Source: Vicinamibacterales bacterium
GTDB lineage: Bacteria; Acidobacteriota; Vicinamibacteria; Vicinamibacterales; UBA8438
Length of the DNA stretch: 64,000 nucleotides
Direction of reading: 5' to 3'
NCBI GenBank assembly: GCA_965221595.1
Contig: OZ244900.1
Span: forward strand, 2,159,736 to 2,223,735
In this document: one piece after another, positions 61,855-64,000 of the stretch
Position numbering within the stretch: position 1 is the stretch's first letter
Layout of the letters: each line of letters starts with the position of its first letter
Notes under the pieces: model-generated
Told to the model about the DNA's origin: nothing
Seen by the model: only the letters and a program-made list of their open reading frames with translations
The model's database searches: none
Position numbers and translations under genes: made by a program

Positions 61855-62475
61855 TCACTTTGCCGTCCGGCCCCACCGCGGTTGGTCGCCGCGCGACTCG
61901 GTCACCCGTCTGGCGCGCAGACGGCTCGCGTTGCGGCCGCTCCGCCGGGGCGCAGGCGGCGCGTCGTCCACGTCGCTGGTCTCGTCGCTGGTGAGTGAAT
62001 TGAGCAGCTTCCGCAACAGGCGGGCCAGCGCGTCGCGCTCGTCCGGCTGCAGCGCCTCGTCGAGCACCTGATTCTGGTGCTCCAGGTAAGCGGTCGTCAC
62101 CTGGTCGACGAGCTCGCGCCCGCGCTCGGTCAACTCGATGCGGATCCCCCGCCGGTCGGTCGGGTGGGCCTGGCGCTCGACCAGGCCGGCCGCTTCGAGG
62201 CGGTCGATGCGGTTGGTCAAGCCACTGGAAGTCACCATCAGCGAGTCGAGCAGGTCACGTGGCGAAGGATGCTGCTCGGGCGACATGCGGATGGCGGCCA
62301 GCAGCAGGAACTCGACCTCGCTGAGGTCGAATCGGCTCAACGCCGCCTGGGCGTTCTCCTCGGTGACCCGGGCCAGGCGGCTCACCCGCGCGAGCACGGC
62401 CAGCGAGGAGACGTCGAGGTCCGGGCGTTCGCGCGCCCAGTGCGCGATCATCATGTCGATGGCGCCTTTCTTCAT
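61855..62475 (-). CDS. MarR-family transcriptional regulator with basic C-terminal tail
   Basis: LSEVEFLLLAAIRMS....SPRDLLDSLMVTSSGLTNRIDRLEAAGLVERQAHPTDRRGIRIELTERGRELVD is the wHTH of MarR. About 45 aa of Arg/Ser/Asp-rich tail follow. Confidence 0.85.
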   Translation of the reverse strand: MKKGAIDMMIAHWARERPDLDVSSLAVLARVSRLARVTEENAQAALSRFDLSEVEFLLLAAIRMSPEQHPSPRDLLDSLMVTSSGLTNRIDRLEAAGLVERQAHPTDRRGIRIELTERGRELVDQVTTAYLEHQNQVLDEALQPDERDALARLLRKLLNSLTSDETSDVDDAPPAPRRSGRNASRLRARRVTESRGDQPRWGRTAK

Positions 62476-62504
62476 GCCGGGAATCTACGCGACAGAAAGA
62501 ATAT

Positions 62505-62543
62505 TGTCAACCGACTTGACATCAGGTGTCTTCGTGTTACTAT
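62505..62543 (+). promoter_or_regulatory. operator-like inverted repeat overlapping a strong sigma70-like promoter
   Basis: TGTCAA-N5-TTGACA at 62505-62521. TTGACA (62516-62521) is followed by a 16-nt spacer and TACTAT (62538-62543), pointing toward the small ORF at 62583. It lies 30-70 nt from the divergent MarR start. Confidence 0.55.
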
Positions 62544-62582
62544 TCTCTGGTCAGGCTGAGATTGACAGCCGGGAGGCAACAC

Positions 62583-62777
62583 ATGACAAGGAGACGACAG
62601 CGCAACCTCAACAACCCCATGGCCCGCAACGCGCATCCGCGCCTGCGACTGGTCGACGCCGCGCCGAAGCGGAACCCCTACGAGACGGTTCGCCGCGCGC
62701 GAGCGGCGACTCCCGCGCTGGACCCGCGGGCCGACTTCCGGCGGTTCGTGCGGCGCCTCTGGCCGGCGGCCGCCTAG
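62583..62777 (+). CDS. small (64 aa) highly basic protein of unknown function
   Basis: GGGAGG lies 6 nt before ATG 62583, with the promoter above. The third-codon position is G/C in about 56 of 64 codons by my count, as in the real genes here. Sequence: MTRRRQRNLNNPMARNAHPRLRLVDAAPKRNPYETVRRARAATPALDPRADFRRFVRRLWPAAA. Confidence 0.5.
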   Translation: MTRRRQRNLNNPMARNAHPRLRLVDAAPKRNPYETVRRARAATPALDPRADFRRFVRRLWPAAA

Positions 62778-62858
62778 GGTTCTCGCCTGAACCGGTGGCA
62801 GCCTGGCCACCGGAAGGCACGTGCACCACTCACGCAGTACCAGAAAGGAGCCGGAACG

Positions 62859-63446
62859 ATGTTGAATCCCAGCAACGCCCTTCGCACGACCGCGGCCATC
62901 ACCGCTCTGACCCTTTTCGGGGTGAGCGGCGCAGCAGCCGACCAGGCCTCCGGGACCTACACGTGGTCCGCCGAGCTGGTGGCCTTCGACGAGGCCGAGG
63001 CCATGGCGACGGTCAGGGCCCGATTGGTCGAGGGTAGCCTAGCCGAGCTGGACGGTCTGAACGCCGGCGACCCGATCGTGCTCACCTGGTCGGGCGTCTA
63101 TTCCGCCGCCGCGGGCATCCTGACCATCGAGCCCGGCCAGACGGCGTCGGAACGCTTCGAGATGCCCGTCGAGTTCGTCAGTCTCGAGGGCCGCTACCTG
63201 ACGTTCCGTACACCGCTACCGGCCGACTCGGTTGACCAGGTCGCGGGGCTTGCGCCGGGCCAGTGGGTGACGGCGACCTCGCCCCACGCCGCCTGGAACC
63301 GCAGTGCCGTCGTCCTGGACATCCGCGGCTTCACCGCCATTGACGGCCGCGGCGCCGACCTCGGCGGCGTCGATGCGGCGCTGCCCCGCAACGACATCCA
63401 GTCCACACAGCTCATCGACGTCGAGAGCTTCAACGACCTCGGCTAG
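62859..63446 (+). CDS. secreted protein of unknown function, ends in ...FNDLG
   Basis: GAAAGGAG lies before the ATG. Signal peptide MLNPSNALRTTAAITALTLFGVSGAAA. No recognisable motif. Confidence 0.75.
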   Translation: MLNPSNALRTTAAITALTLFGVSGAAADQASGTYTWSAELVAFDEAEAMATVRARLVEGSLAELDGLNAGDPIVLTWSGVYSAAAGILTIEPGQTASERFEMPVEFVSLEGRYLTFRTPLPADSVDQVAGLAPGQWVTATSPHAAWNRSAVVLDIRGFTAIDGRGADLGGVDAALPRNDIQSTQLIDVESFNDLG

Positions 63447-63496
63447 CACCCCAGCCGGGTTGTTCGTTCATCCACGCCAGCGTTATCGAACGGCGC

Positions 63497-63539
63497 GGAC
63501 GCCGGCGGGAGCGGTTCCCGCCGGCGTCCCTTTTCTTCC
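63497..63539 (+). terminator. Rho-independent terminator
   Basis: GGACGCCGGCGGGA-GCGGT-TCCCGCCGGCGTCC (14-bp perfect stem) followed by CTTTTCTTCC, 50 nt after the stop at 63446. Confidence 0.7.
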
Positions 63540-63766
63540 TCCCTGCCCTCCCCCTCCGCGCAGCTGCCACACCCGCGTGCCTGGCCGGCACAACAGCCGG
63601 ATGCGCGCCAAGGCCACCGTCCGCGGCGTGTACCAGCAGGCGCTCGCCGAGCTCGAAGCAGCAGCGCGCTGGCAGGTCGCCGCGCTGGACGTCCGCACGG
63701 CGCCGCCGCAGGTGCGTGACGACCCGGCACCGCCCCTGCAGGTCGCGGGCACGTCCGGTTGAGCAC

Positions 63767-64000
63767 TCAGAACGCCTGGCCCAACGATATGAAGAGCCGG
63801 CCGCGGGGCTCGTTATCCCGGCGGCCGAGCGGGGATCCGTAGTCGGCGCGCAGGAGCCCGAGCGGAGTGTCGAAGCGGAGTCCGAAACCCGTTCCGACGC
63901 GGAGGTCGCGCAACGTGATGTCGCGCACGGATTCGTACGCGGCGCCGGCATCGATGAACGCCACACCCGAGACGTGCCACCACAGCGGGAAGCGCACCTC
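63767..64000 (-). CDS. Omp85/BamA-family outer-membrane protein, C-terminal end only (5' part outside the window)
   Basis: ...GVAFIDAGAAY.....L.DLRVGTGFGLRFDTPLGLLRADYGSPL......RLFISLGQAF is the typical last beta-strands with a terminal Phe. Confidence 0.8.
   Translation of the reverse strand, partial: EVRFPLWWHVSGVAFIDAGAAYESVRDITLRDLRVGTGFGLRFDTPLGLLRADYGSPLGRRDNEPRGRLFISLGQAF

Overview
Very GC-rich bacterial chromosomal segment, about two-thirds G+C or more judged by eye. Gene content (LPS/KDO genes, LapB, an Omp85-family protein, PilMNOPQ) indicates a diderm. It is probably an Acidobacteriota- or Gemmatimonadota-like lineage, but that is only an inference from gene content. I call about 60 tightly packed protein genes, two tRNAs (initiator tRNA-Met and tRNA-Ala-CGC) and no rRNA. 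I saw no CRISPR array, transposase, integrase or phage genes.

Most of the window is housekeeping:
- lctP, purA, rnc, cutA, glnK-amtB
- a CoA-transferase/enoyl-CoA hydratase pair, pgi
- a split-cytochrome-b Rieske/cyt b operon ending in an octahaem cytochrome c
- a long minus-strand TCA block: mdh-sucCD-korAB-ndk
- serA and a KDO/LPS block: kdsB-pyrG-kdsA-kdsD-lapB
- coaE, folD, two Na+-coupled amino-acid symporters
- pepP-accB-accC-thiE, pilMN(OP)Q
- rplM-rpsI-rpsB-tsf-pyrH-frr

Four things stand out.
1. An exported gene cluster at 55.4-61.5 kb contains two paralogous haem-c-fused proteins with the copper-ligand pattern of peptidylglycine alpha-hydroxylating monooxygenase (PHM). One shares an operon with an NHL propeller carrying the active-site pattern of the amidating lyase (PAL). 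This looks like a split, cytochrome-driven bacterial counterpart of animal PAM, and it is my best candidate for an undescribed system.
2. A dispersed, same-strand intergenic repeat family has five copies between 5.7 and 34.5 kb. It has a conserved GCATTCGACGGGCG core and a terminal inverted repeat. In four copies the conserved 3' end contains the stop codon of the neighbouring minus-strand gene.
3. TAG is used as the stop codon in about half of the genes I called.
4. Several smaller oddities: a PilO-PilP fusion, an APWY variant of the Qo-site motif, a Walker A Lys-to-Arg ATPase, and leaderless-looking promoters.

Many very long ORFs in the supplied track are antisense or off-frame artefacts of the high GC content and were discarded.
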